NCBI GenBank assembly: GCA_965994715.1
Contig: CBHFMJ010000001.1
Coordinates: 1-33,738 of the forward strand
Direction of reading: 5' to 3'
DNA length: 33,738 nt
Source of the DNA: an uncultured bacterium
Lineage (GTDB): Bacteria > Actinomycetota > UBA4738 > HRBIN12
Shown: positions 1 to 8,624 of the stretch, in pieces
How the letters are laid out: each line of letters opens with the position of its first letter
Numbering within the stretch: the first letter of the stretch is position 1
The notes under the pieces: generated by a model
The model's input: only the letters and a program-made list of their open reading frames with translations
Told to the model about the DNA's origin: nothing
Databases searched by the model: none
Made by a program: the position numbers and the translations under genes

Positions 1-1
1 G

Positions 2-811
2 ACGGGGAGGCTCTCCTCCTCGAACCCCAATCTCCAGAACATCCCGATCCGCTCCGAGCTCGGCCGGCAGATCCGGAGGGCGTTCATCCCGGGTGCCGAC
101 GACCAGGTCCTGCTCGTCGCCGACTACTCGCAGATCGAGCTCCGCATCCTCGCGCACCTGTCCGCGGATGCCGGGCTTCGGGAGGCCTTCGACTCGGGCC
201 TCGACATCCACGCGGCCACGGCGGCGAAGGTCTTCGACCTCCCGCCCGAGCTCGTCGACGCGGAGATGCGCCGGCGCGCGAAGGCGGTCAACTATGGCCT
301 CGCCTACGGGATGAACGCCTGGGGCCTCGCCACCCGGCTCGGGATCACGGCGGACGAGGCGCAGGAGTTCATCGACGCCTACTTCGACGGCTTCCCCGCG
401 ATCAAGAACTACCTCCAGAACCAGGTCGACCGGGCGACGGTGGAAGGGTTCACCGAGACCCTCCTCGGACGGCGCCGGTACATCCCCGAGCTCCAGGCGG
501 CCAACCCGCGGGTGCGCGATCTCGGTCGACGGCAGGCATTGAACGCCCCGATCCAGGGGAGCGCGTCCGACGTGTTCAAGGTGGGGATGATCGGCGTCGA
601 CCGGGCCCTCCAGGAGCGGCCGGAGCTCGACTGCCACATGCTGCTCACGGTCCATGACGAGCTTGTCTTCGAGGTCGCGAAGGACCGCGCGGAGGAGGCC
701 GCGGACCTGATCCGCGGCCGGATGGAGGGGGCCGTGGAGCTCGTCGTCGACCTCCGGGCGGACATCGGCGTCGGCCCGAACTGGTCGGAGGCGGCCCCCG
801 AAGGCCACTGA
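2..811 (+). CDS. polA: DNA polymerase I, C-terminal polymerase domain (5' end lies upstream of the window)
   Basis: Frame 2 is open from the window edge. Translation reads NLQNIPIRSELGRQIRRAFIP, LLVADYSQIELRILAHLS, RRRAKAVNYGLAYGM and LLTVHDELVFEV, the family-A polymerase motifs. Stop TGA at 809-811. Confidence 0.95.
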   Translation, partial: TGRLSSSNPNLQNIPIRSELGRQIRRAFIPGADDQVLLVADYSQIELRILAHLSADAGLREAFDSGLDIHAATAAKVFDLPPELVDAEMRRRAKAVNYGLAYGMNAWGLATRLGITADEAQEFIDAYFDGFPAIKNYLQNQVDRATVEGFTETLLGRRRYIPELQAANPRVRDLGRRQALNAPIQGSASDVFKVGMIGVDRALQERPELDCHMLLTVHDELVFEVAKDRAEEAADLIRGRMEGAVELVVDLRADIGVGPNWSEAAPEGH

Positions 812-829
812 CCGCCTGGCAACCCCTCA

Positions 830-859
830 TTGACGTCGTTTGCGCTGCTCACCTACCCT
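830..859 (+). promoter_or_regulatory. Candidate sigma-70/HrdB-type promoter for rpsA
   Basis: TTGACG (830-835), an 18-nt spacer, then TACCCT (854-859, TAnnnT), in the 138-nt polA-rpsA spacer. It would give a leader of about 85 nt ending in the SD GAAGGAG (934-940). Confidence 0.3.
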
Positions 860-949
860 TCCACCCGGCCCGCGGATCGCTCGCGTGCCGCGTCGCAAAT
901 CCCAACCCGCGATGCGGTGAGCCCCGCGCGCCAGAAGGAGAACCACCGT

Positions 950-2551
950 ATGAGCGAGACCGAGACCACCACCGAGAGCGCCCCCGACGGAACCGTCGAG
1001 ACCTCTGAGCCGATCGTCGACGAGGCAGCGGCCACCGAGACCGCCAGCGACGTCGCCCCGCCCGCCACACCGACGGACGAGGCACCCCTCGTTGCCACGC
1101 CCGAGCCGGAGGGCGAGGACTACACGCCCGAGGAGCTCGTCCGCGCGATGGAGGCATCGCTCCGCGACTTCAAGGACGGCGACATCATGGAGGGCGTCGT
1201 CGTCAAGATCGATCGCGACGAGATCCTCCTCGACATCGGCTACAAGTCCGAGGGCGTGATCCCGTCCAAGGAGCTGTCGATCCGCCACGACGTCGACCCG
1301 AACGAGATCGTCAAGGTGGGGGATCGGATCGAGGCCCTCGTCCTGCAGAAGGAGGACAAGGAGGGCCGTCTGATCCTGTCGAAGAAGCGCGCGCAGTACG
1401 AGCGCGCCTGGGGCCGGATCGAGGAGACGATGGCGTCGGGCCAAACGATCAAGGGACCGGTGATCGAGGTGGTCAAGGGCGGCCTGATCCTCGACATCGG
1501 CCTCCGGGGGTTCCTCCCCGCCTCGCTCGTCGACCTCCGGCGGGTGCGCGACCTCCAGCCGTACATCGGCACCGAGCTCGAGTGCAAGATCATCGAACTC
1601 GACCGCAACCGCAACAACGTCGTGCTGTCCCGGCGCGCCTTCCTCGAGGAATCGCAGTCGGAGGGCCGTAAGAAGTTCCTCGAGAACCTGGAGAAGGGCG
1701 AGCGCCGCAAGGGCACCGTCTCCTCGATCGTGAACTTCGGAGCGTTCGTGGACCTCGGCGGGGTGGACGGGCTGGTCCACGTGTCGGAGCTCTCGTGGAA
1801 GCACGTCGACCACCCGAGCGAGGTCGTCACGGTCGGCCAGGAAGTCGAGGTCCAGGTCCTGGACGTGGAGCTCGACCGCGAGCGTGTCTCGCTCTCCCTC
1901 AAGGCGACGCAGGAGGACCCCTGGAAGGAGTTCGAGCGGCTGCACAAGGCGGGCGAGGTGATCGCCGGTCAGGTGACGAAGCTCGTCCCGTTCGGCGCGT
2001 TCGTCAGGGTCGCCCAGGGGATCGAGGGACTGGTCCACATCTCGGAGCTCTCCCACGAGCACGTCGACACGCCGGAGTCGGTGCTGTCCGTGGGCGACGA
2101 GGTGCAGGTGAAGGTCGTCGACGTGGACGTCTCGCGCCGGCGGGTGAGCCTCTCGATGCGCCAAGTCACCCCCGCTCCGGCCAAGACCACGGAGATCGAG
2201 GTCGAGCCCGAGCAGCCCGAGCGTGCTCCCGCCGAGCCCCTCGTCCAGACCGTGCAGATCCCGCAGGCGGTGCTCGACGCCGTCGCGGAGGCGGAGACGG
2301 ACGAGCCGGCGGCCACCGCGGCACCCACCGTGGAACCGGCGGCGGTCGAGCCCACGGCGGAGCCGGAAGCCGCGCCGGTGCCGGCGGCCGAGGCAGCACC
2401 CGACGAGCAGCCGGAGGCAGCGGCAGCGCCCGAGGTCGCCGCGCAACCGCCCCCGGCGAAGGATGCCCCCGAGGAGCCCGCATCGGACGAAGAGGTCTCG
2501 CTCGAGGCGATCCTCGAGGATCTGAAGCGCCGCGAGGGGAGATCCGAGTAG
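950..2551 (+). CDS. rpsA: 30S ribosomal protein S1, with four S1 repeats and acidic low-complexity N- and C-terminal extensions
   Basis: ATG at 950 is preceded by GAAGGAG. Repeated S1 motifs are present: GDIMEGVVVKIDRDEILLDIGYKSEGVIP, GPVIEVVKGGLILDIGLRGFLP, GTVSSIVNFGAFVDLGGVDGLVHVSELS and GQVTKLVPFGAFVRVAQGIEGLVHISELS. The in-frame upstream part of ORF 830.. has no S1 similarity. Confidence 0.95.
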   Translation: MSETETTTESAPDGTVETSEPIVDEAAATETASDVAPPATPTDEAPLVATPEPEGEDYTPEELVRAMEASLRDFKDGDIMEGVVVKIDRDEILLDIGYKSEGVIPSKELSIRHDVDPNEIVKVGDRIEALVLQKEDKEGRLILSKKRAQYERAWGRIEETMASGQTIKGPVIEVVKGGLILDIGLRGFLPASLVDLRRVRDLQPYIGTELECKIIELDRNRNNVVLSRRAFLEESQSEGRKKFLENLEKGERRKGTVSSIVNFGAFVDLGGVDGLVHVSELSWKHVDHPSEVVTVGQEVEVQVLDVELDRERVSLSLKATQEDPWKEFERLHKAGEVIAGQVTKLVPFGAFVRVAQGIEGLVHISELSHEHVDTPESVLSVGDEVQVKVVDVDVSRRRVSLSMRQVTPAPAKTTEIEVEPEQPERAPAEPLVQTVQIPQAVLDAVAEAETDEPAATAAPTVEPAAVEPTAEPEAAPVPAAEAAPDEQPEAAAAPEVAAQPPPAKDAPEEPASDEEVSLEAILEDLKRREGRSE

Positions 2552-2561
2552 GGGCGGGATC

Positions 2562-3164
2562 GTGCTCCTGGTCGGCCTGACGGGCGGGATCGGCTCCGGC
2601 AAGTCCACGGTCGCCCGCCTGCTCGAGCGGCGTGGGGCCGTCGTGATCGATGCGGACCACCTCGCACGCGAGGCCGTGGCGCGAGGCACGAGCGGGTTCG
2701 ATCGCGTCGTCGACACCTTCGGTCCGGGCGTCCTGAAGCCCGACGGGGATCTCGACCGGGTACGGCTCGCCGCGATCATCTTCGCCCACCCCGAGCGGCG
2801 GGCCGCGCTCGAGTCGATCGTCCACCCCGAGGTCGCGAGGCGGTTCGGCGAGCGCGTCGAGGAGCTCCGAGACAGCGGCCGTGTGGTCGTGTACGTCAGT
2901 CCGCTCCTCGTCGAGCTGGGACTCGCACCCGCCTTCGACGTGGTCGTGGTCGTCACGGCGTCACCCCACCTCCGGGTCTCGCGGGTGGCCTCGGATCGCG
3001 ACCTCTCGCCCGAGGACGTGCGCGCTCGGATGGCTGCCCAGGCGACGGACGAGCAGCGGATGGAGGTGGCGGACGTCCTGGTGGACAACGACGGGTCGCT
3101 CAAGGAGCTGGAGCCGCAGATCGACCGGCTCTGGAGCGATCTCGAGGACCGGGCCCGCGCGTGA
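2562..3164 (+). CDS. coaE: Dephospho-CoA kinase
   Basis: GTG start 10 nt after the rpsA stop. N-terminus LLVGLTGGIGSGKSTVARLL (P-loop) and about 200 aa, which is the usual CoaE size. It holds the conserved position after rpsA. Confidence 0.9.
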   Translation: MLLVGLTGGIGSGKSTVARLLERRGAVVIDADHLAREAVARGTSGFDRVVDTFGPGVLKPDGDLDRVRLAAIIFAHPERRAALESIVHPEVARRFGERVEELRDSGRVVVYVSPLLVELGLAPAFDVVVVVTASPHLRVSRVASDRDLSPEDVRARMAAQATDEQRMEVADVLVDNDGSLKELEPQIDRLWSDLEDRARA

Positions 3165-3208
3165 GCCGGTGGATCCGCGCGGGCGATCGGCTGAGGGATC
3201 AGAAGTCC

Positions 3209-3214
3209 TATCCT
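3209..3214 (+). promoter_or_regulatory. Candidate -10 hexamer for a leaderless HAD-hydrolase transcript
   Basis: TATCCT (TAnnnT) is followed by exactly 6 nt (cggggc) and then ATG 3221. The same hexamer and spacing occur at the S9 peptidase start. Confidence 0.35.
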
Positions 3215-3220
3215 CGGGGC

Positions 3221-3925
3221 ATGCGGTTCCGCGCCGTCTTCTTCGACGTCGGTGAGACCCTCGTGCACGTCGATCCTTCCTTCGCCGACCTCTTCGTGAC
3301 CGTGCTCGCCGGCGCGGGCCACGAGCGGTCCGTGGACGACGTGCGGGAGGCCTCGGCACACGTCTACGCACGGTTCTCCGAGGCGGCGCGGGACGGCTCG
3401 TTGTGGACGACGTCGCCCGAGCGATCCCGCGCCTTCTGGACCTCGGTCTATCAGCGGATGCTCGAGGAGCTCGGCGTCGCCGACGGTGACGGACTCGCGA
3501 CCTCGCTGCACGGCGAGTTCACCCGGATGGAGAACTACGTCCTGTTCGACGACGTGCTCCCGACGCTGGCGACGCTCCGCGAGGCGGGTGTGCTCCTCGG
3601 CGTGGTGTCGAACTTCGAGGCATGGCTCGAGGACTGGTTCGGCGTCCACGAGCTCTTCGAGCTGTTCCCGGTCCGTGTGATCTCCGGGATCGAGGGCGTG
3701 GAGAAGCCCGACGAGCGGATCTTCCGGCTCGCCCTGGACCGGGCGTCCGTGTCGGCGGAGGAATCCGCCTACGTCGGCGACAACCCCGAGTTCGACGTCG
3801 ACCCGCCGGCGGCCCTCGGGATGTTCCCGGTCCTCGTGGACCGCCGGGGCCGGTTCCCCGACCACGAGGGCGAGCGCATCACGGATCTCCGGGAGCTCCC
3901 CGCGATCCTCGGAGCGACGTCGTGA
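3221..3925 (+). CDS. HAD-superfamily hydrolase (FDxxGTL-like subfamily IA)
   Basis: MRFRAVFFDVGETLV is HAD motif I near the N-terminus, GVVSNF is motif II, and YVGDNPEFD is motif IV-like. An alternative GTG at 3161 overlaps the coaE stop and would add 20 aa. Confidence 0.8.
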   Translation: MRFRAVFFDVGETLVHVDPSFADLFVTVLAGAGHERSVDDVREASAHVYARFSEAARDGSLWTTSPERSRAFWTSVYQRMLEELGVADGDGLATSLHGEFTRMENYVLFDDVLPTLATLREAGVLLGVVSNFEAWLEDWFGVHELFELFPVRVISGIEGVEKPDERIFRLALDRASVSAEESAYVGDNPEFDVDPPAALGMFPVLVDRRGRFPDHEGERITDLRELPAILGATS

Positions 3926-4293
3926 CCGAGGAGCGGCTGTTCTCGATCGGCGACGCCGACGCCGAGCTGGAGGAGCTCCGCGTCCGGCTCCCGAGGCTCA
4001 GGGAGGCTCGACGGCGACTCATCGACACCGGCGAACGCATCACCTCGGCCGTCCAGATCGATGGAGGAGGCACCGAGGGCAGCGACTGGTTCCGGGCGCA
4101 GGAGACGCTCAAGCGGGAGCTCCTGTGGCTCGCGGACCGAGGCATCCTCCTGAGGGATCCGGACACGGGGCTCGTAGACTTCCCGGCCGAGCGGGACGGG
4201 GAACGCGTGTTCCTCTGTTGGCGACTCGGGGAAGAGCGAGTCGGGTGGTACCACTCCGAACGGTCCGGGTTCTCGAGCAGGAAGCCCCTGTGA
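3922..4293 (+). CDS. DUF2203-like small protein of unknown function
   Basis: GTG at 3922 overlaps the HAD stop (GTGA). It has a coiled N-terminus (AELEELRVRLPRLREARRRL) and the C-terminal pattern GILLRDPDTGLVDFPAERDGERVFLCWRLGEERVGWYH that I associate with DUF2203. The upstream part of ORF 3622.. is out of context. Confidence 0.65.
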   Translation: MTEERLFSIGDADAELEELRVRLPRLREARRRLIDTGERITSAVQIDGGGTEGSDWFRAQETLKRELLWLADRGILLRDPDTGLVDFPAERDGERVFLCWRLGEERVGWYHSERSGFSSRKPL

Positions 4294-4300
4294 TCGCGCG

Positions 4301-5212
4301 ATGACCGAGCGGGTGATCGACGTCCGGGGTCTCCGCAAGTCCTACGGCGACGTTGAGGCGGTCCGCGGCATCGACGTCCACGTCGATCGCGGCGAGGTCT
4401 TCGCCCTCCTCGGTCCCAACGGCGCCGGCAAGACGACCACGGTCGAGATCCTCGAGGGCTACCGGGAGCGGACCGACGGCGAGATCTCTGTCCTGGGACA
4501 CGACCCGGCGCGTGCGGAGGCTGAGCTCAAGGGGCGGGTCGGCATCGTTCTCCAATCCACGGGCGTCGACCCCTACCTCACCGTTCGCGAGACGGTCGAC
4601 CTCTATGCCGGCTACTACCCGTCGCCGAGGGACATCGACGAGGTGATCGACCTGGTGGGCCTCGTCGAGAAGCGATCCACCCGGGTGAGCAAGCTCTCGG
4701 GCGGTCAGCAGCGCCGCCTCGACGTCGCGATCGCCCTCGCCGGGGACCCAGAGTTGCTCTTCCTCGACGAGCCCACGACCGGCTTCGATCCGAACGCGCG
4801 GCGTCACGCGTGGGAGATCGTGAAGAACCTGGCGGGCATCGGCAAGACGATCTTCCTCACCACGCACTTCATGGACGAGGCCCAGTACCTCGCGAGCCGC
4901 GCGGCCGTGATCCGCAAGGGCGAGATCGTGGCCGAGGGGAGCCCAGGGACGCTCGGCGGCAGGGATCGGATGCAGACCAGGGTGCGGTTCCGGGTCCCGG
5001 ACGGCCAGGCGCCACCGCCGGATCTGACGGGCACGACGACGCTCGTCGACGGCACGCTCGAGCTGCGGACGGATGACACGACGAAGAGCGTCCACGACCT
5101 CACGGCATGGGCCCTCGGTCGCGGGTTCTCGTTCGACGGGCTGGAAGTCACGCAGCCGAGCCTCGAAGACGTGTACCTGGAGCTGACCGGCGGGGAGGAG
5201 AGCGAAGGATGA
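4301..5212 (+). CDS. ABC transporter ATP-binding protein (ABC-2/DrrA-like exporter type)
   Basis: Walker A GPNGAGKTT, signature LSGGQQRRL and Walker B LLFLDEPTTGFD. It is followed by an overlapping ABC-2 permease gene. Confidence 0.9.
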   Translation: MTERVIDVRGLRKSYGDVEAVRGIDVHVDRGEVFALLGPNGAGKTTTVEILEGYRERTDGEISVLGHDPARAEAELKGRVGIVLQSTGVDPYLTVRETVDLYAGYYPSPRDIDEVIDLVGLVEKRSTRVSKLSGGQQRRLDVAIALAGDPELLFLDEPTTGFDPNARRHAWEIVKNLAGIGKTIFLTTHFMDEAQYLASRAAVIRKGEIVAEGSPGTLGGRDRMQTRVRFRVPDGQAPPPDLTGTTTLVDGTLELRTDDTTKSVHDLTAWALGRGFSFDGLEVTQPSLEDVYLELTGGEESEG

Positions 5213-6015
5213 GCGCTGTTCCTCAGGTCGCACGCCAGTTCCGGTTCACGAACAAAGCGTTCTGGCGGAACCCCGCCTCCGCGTTCTTCACGTTCGCGTT
5301 CCCGCTGATGTTCCTCGTGATCTTCACGTCGTTGTTGGGGAACAACGAGCTGCAGCTCCAGGGCGTCGAACTCTCGACGACCACGTACTACGTGGGAGCG
5401 ATGGCAGCGTTCGGCGTGATCAGCGCCTGCTTCACCAACATCGCGATCCAGACGACGTTCAACCGTGACGCGGGGATCCTCAAGCGCCTGCGCGGCACCC
5501 CGCTCCCCGCCGGGGCCTACCTCACGAGCCGGGTGCTCCACGCGATGGTCGTCGGTGCGATCCTGGTGGTGATCACGCTCCTGTTCGGGAAGGTCGTCTA
5601 CGACTCGCCGCTGCCGACCGGTGGCCCGCTCCTCGAGTTCATCGCGTCCTTCCTGGTCGGCGCCCTCTCGTTCGCGGCGCTCGCGCTGGCGCTCACCGCC
5701 CTCGTTCCGAACGCCGATGCCGCGCCGCCCGTGGTGAACGCGGTCGTCCTGCCCCTGCTGTTCCTCTCTGGCATCTTCTTCCCGCTCGACGACGGCGCGC
5801 CGACGTGGATGAAGACGGTCGCCGACATCTTCCCGGTGAAGCATTTCGCGGACGCGATGCGAGCCGGGTTCCTCGGGAACGTGACTGCCCGAACCCCGGT
5901 CGGCACGGTGCGCGCGTTCCCGTTCGACTGGTGGGACATCGCGATCATCGCGGCCTGGGGGATCGTCGGACTCGTCCTTGCCGCGCGTTTCTTCAGCTGG
6001 GAGCCGCGCCGCTAG
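5209..6015 (+). CDS. ABC-2 type transporter permease
   Basis: ATG at 5209 overlaps the ATPase stop (ATGA). The protein has about six hydrophobic segments and an N-terminus of FRFTNKAFWRNPASAFFTFAFPLMFLVIF, typical of the ABC-2 family. Confidence 0.85.
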   Translation: MSAVPQVARQFRFTNKAFWRNPASAFFTFAFPLMFLVIFTSLLGNNELQLQGVELSTTTYYVGAMAAFGVISACFTNIAIQTTFNRDAGILKRLRGTPLPAGAYLTSRVLHAMVVGAILVVITLLFGKVVYDSPLPTGGPLLEFIASFLVGALSFAALALALTALVPNADAAPPVVNAVVLPLLFLSGIFFPLDDGAPTWMKTVADIFPVKHFADAMRAGFLGNVTARTPVGTVRAFPFDWWDIAIIAAWGIVGLVLAARFFSWEPRR

Positions 6016-6063
6016 GGGGCTGTGCTAGGCTCCGCGCTTCCACGGGAACGAGGGGGTGCCTCC

Positions 6064-6936
6064 GTGCGGAAGTGGGTACTGCTGCTCGCGGCGATCGCGC
6101 TGATCACGGCGGCTTGCTCCGAGGAGACGCCACCCACCACGGGCGAAAGCCCCACCGGGTCCGTTGCCGATCCGGAAGCGGCCGCCGAATGCACGGCGGG
6201 CCACGCCGCGGATCTCCTCGAAACCGAGACGTTGACCGTCGGGACGGACTTCGACTTCATGTTCCCCCCGTGGATCCTCGATCGCGACCCGGAGAGCGGG
6301 AAGGGGTTCGAGGCCGCGTTGACCTATGCGGTGGCGGAGCGGATGGGCTTCGCGGACTCACAGGTCAACTGGGTCAACGTCCCGTTCAACAGTTCCTACG
6401 CTCCCGGGCCGAAGGACTTCGACTTCGACATCAACAACATCTCCGTCACTGAGGAGCGGGACCAGGCCGTCGACTTCAGCGAGAGCTACTACGACCTCAC
6501 ACAGGCGCTGATGGTGCTGAAAGGCTCGCCGATCGAACACGCCACGACGATGGAGGAGATCAAGGACTCGGTCTTCGGGGCTCAGATCGGAACCACGAGC
6601 CTCTCGTATATCAACACGGTGATCCAGCCGACGAAGGATCCCAAGGTATTCGATTCCACGAGCGACGCGAAGGCCGCCCTCCGGAACGGGACCGTCGACG
6701 GTCTCGTCCTGGATCTGCCCACCGCGTACTTCGAGGCCACGATCAACACGCCGAACGGCGCCCTGGTGGGCCAGTTCCCGAACGCCGGAGAGTACCTCGG
6801 GATCCTCTTCGAGGAGGGCAACCCGCTGGTGGAGTGCGTGAACCTCGCACTCGCCGAATTGGCGGCAGACGGCACCCTCCAGGACCTCCAGAGCGAGTGG
6901 CTGGCCGACTACCTGGCCGTGCCCACGATCCAGTAG
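6064..6936 (+). CDS. Polar amino-acid ABC transporter substrate-binding lipoprotein (SBP family 3)
   Basis: GTG at 6064 follows the SD GAGGGGG. The signal peptide VRKWVLLLAAIALITAAC has a lipobox Cys. TVGTDFDFMFPPW and VDGLVLDLPTAYF are typical of family-3 SBPs. It is followed by a cognate permease and ATPase. Confidence 0.85.
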   Translation: MRKWVLLLAAIALITAACSEETPPTTGESPTGSVADPEAAAECTAGHAADLLETETLTVGTDFDFMFPPWILDRDPESGKGFEAALTYAVAERMGFADSQVNWVNVPFNSSYAPGPKDFDFDINNISVTEERDQAVDFSESYYDLTQALMVLKGSPIEHATTMEEIKDSVFGAQIGTTSLSYINTVIQPTKDPKVFDSTSDAKAALRNGTVDGLVLDLPTAYFEATINTPNGALVGQFPNAGEYLGILFEEGNPLVECVNLALAELAADGTLQDLQSEWLADYLAVPTIQ

Positions 6937-6954
6937 CGCACCCCGGGGTTCTCC

Positions 6955-7827
6955 GTGACCGAGCCGCCGGAGGCCCTGACCGGGCACGACCGGAGGTCCC
7001 GCCTGCTCGGGAACCGGGGCTTCCTGATCTCCACCACCAGCACGATCGTGTTCTTCGCCGTGGTGACGGTGATCCTCGCGGCGGCGCCCGGGTTCGATTC
7101 CGTCCGCGAGGGCTTCTTCAACCTCGAGGCGATGAAGGAGTCGTTCTTCGGCGTCCCGGAGGAGGGCCTACCAGGCATCGGACACGCGTTCCTGCTCAAC
7201 ATCCGGATCTTCCTGATCGCCGAGGTCTTGATCCTGATCCTCGCGCTCGTGGTCGCCGTGATCCGGAGCCTCCAGGGACCTGTGTTCTTCCCGTTCCGCC
7301 TGATCGCGGTCATCTACACGGATCTGTTCCGGGGCATGCCCCTGCTCCTGGTGATCTACCTGTTCGGGTTCGGTCTGCCGGCGCTCGGCATCAGCGGTCT
7401 GTCGACCCAATCGGAGATCGTGTACGCGACCGCGGCACTGGTCCTCTCGTACTCTGCCTACGTCGCCGAGGTGTACCGGGCGGGGATCGAGTCGGTGCAT
7501 CCCAGTCAGGTCGCGTCCGCGCGCTCCCTCGGCCTCTCCCGGATGCAGTCGCTCCGATTCGTCGTGCTGCCACAGGCCGTCCGCCGGATCATCCCCCCGC
7601 TCCTGAACGACTTCGTGAGCCTCCAGAAGGACACCGCGCTGCTCGCTGTGCTCGGCGTCGTCGAGGCGGCCCGGGCAGCGCAGATCTACTCCGCGTACCG
7701 CTTCAACTACTCGAGCTTCGTGGTCGCGGCGTTCCTGTTCATCCTGATGACGATCCCGTTGGCGCGGCTGACCGATTGGTTGATCACACGGGATAGGCGG
7801 CGGCGACAGGCGCGGGGGACACCGTGA
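6955..7827 (+). CDS. Amino-acid ABC transporter permease (His/Glu/Gln/Arg/opine family)
   Basis: Multi-span membrane protein with an EAA-type loop, SLGLSRMQSLRFVVLPQAVRRIIPPLLNDFVSLQKDTALL. Confidence 0.9.
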   Translation: MTEPPEALTGHDRRSRLLGNRGFLISTTSTIVFFAVVTVILAAAPGFDSVREGFFNLEAMKESFFGVPEEGLPGIGHAFLLNIRIFLIAEVLILILALVVAVIRSLQGPVFFPFRLIAVIYTDLFRGMPLLLVIYLFGFGLPALGISGLSTQSEIVYATAALVLSYSAYVAEVYRAGIESVHPSQVASARSLGLSRMQSLRFVVLPQAVRRIIPPLLNDFVSLQKDTALLAVLGVVEAARAAQIYSAYRFNYSSFVVAAFLFILMTIPLARLTDWLITRDRRRRQARGTP

Positions 7828-8570
7828 CCGAGGCGGGTCGCGTCGACGCGGTCCGGAAGTCCTTCGGCGGGCTCGAGGTGCTGCGTGGTATCGACCTCGT
7901 GGTCCAAGATCACGAGGTCGTGTGCCTGATCGGTGCGAGTGGCTCCGGGAAGTCGACGCTGCTGCGGTGCATCGATCTGCTGGAGGAGGCCGACGCCGGC
8001 CGCATCTGGGTCGAGGGGATGGAGATCACGGCGGCGGGCGTCGACCAGAACGCGGTACGCCGGCGGATCGGGATCGTGTTCCAAGCGTTCAACCTGTTCC
8101 CGCACATGACGGTGATGCGGAACGTGACCCTGGCGCAGGAGAAAGCGCTGGGACGGACACGCGCCGACGCGCGCGCCCAAGCGACCGAGCTGCTCTCGCG
8201 GTTCGGCCTGATCGAGAAGGCGGAGGAGTACCCGGACCGTCTCTCGGGCGGCCAGCAGCAACGCGTCGCGATCGCGCGGGCGCTCGCGATGGGCCCGGAC
8301 CTCCTGCTCCTCGACGAGGTGACCAGCGCCCTCGACCCGGTGCTCGTGGCCGAGGTCCTGGACGCGATCCGGGAGCTCGCCGCCGGCGGCATGACGATGG
8401 TGATCGCGACCCATGAGATGGGCTTCGCCCGCGACGTCGCGAACAGGGTGGCGTTCCTCGAAGAGGGACGGATCCTCGAGGAGGGGGCGCCGGAGCGGAT
8501 GTTCTCCGACCCGCGCGAGGAGGCCACCCGCCGCTTCCTCGATCGGATCATCGCGGCCGGCCGGATGTAG
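7824..8570 (+). CDS. Amino-acid ABC transporter ATP-binding protein (GlnQ-like)
   Basis: GTG overlaps the permease stop (GTGA). Walker [15 protein letters not shown], signature LSGGQQQRVAIARAL and Walker B LLLLDEVTSALD. Confidence 0.9.
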   Translation: MTEAGRVDAVRKSFGGLEVLRGIDLVVQDHEVVCLIGASGSGKSTLLRCIDLLEEADAGRIWVEGMEITAAGVDQNAVRRRIGIVFQAFNLFPHMTVMRNVTLAQEKALGRTRADARAQATELLSRFGLIEKAEEYPDRLSGGQQQRVAIARALAMGPDLLLLDEVTSALDPVLVAEVLDAIRELAAGGMTMVIATHEMGFARDVANRVAFLEEGRILEEGAPERMFSDPREEATRRFLDRIIAAGRM

Positions 8571-8592
8571 GCCGCCTCCTGCCCGGGAGGCC

Positions 8593-8615
8593 CTGTCGCC
8601 GGGCGGTCCTAGACT
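8593..8615 (+). promoter_or_regulatory. RecA-NDp/PafBC-type DNA-damage promoter motif upstream of uvrB
   Basis: cTGTCGccg (8593-8601), 8 nt, then TAGACT (8610-8615). The mycobacterial RecA-NDp consensus is tTGTCRgtg-8nt-TAnnnT. The motif sits directly in front of the uvrB start. Confidence 0.5.
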
Positions 8616-8624
8616 GACGTGCCC

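Noticed and set aside
2160-2551. Overlapping ORFs in the rpsA 3' region (2223-2525 plus strand, 1969-2667 and 2166-2825 minus strand)
   Set aside because: They arise from the low-complexity Pro/Ala/Glu-coding tail of rpsA. Their translations are Arg/Pro/Ser strings.
827-3865. Very long minus-strand ORF (1012 aa) antisense to rpsA, coaE and the HAD gene
   Set aside because: The translation is Arg/Gly/Leu/Asp/His-rich low complexity with no recognisable motif. It lies exactly opposite well-supported genes. Stop-poor antisense frames like this are expected in very high-GC DNA.
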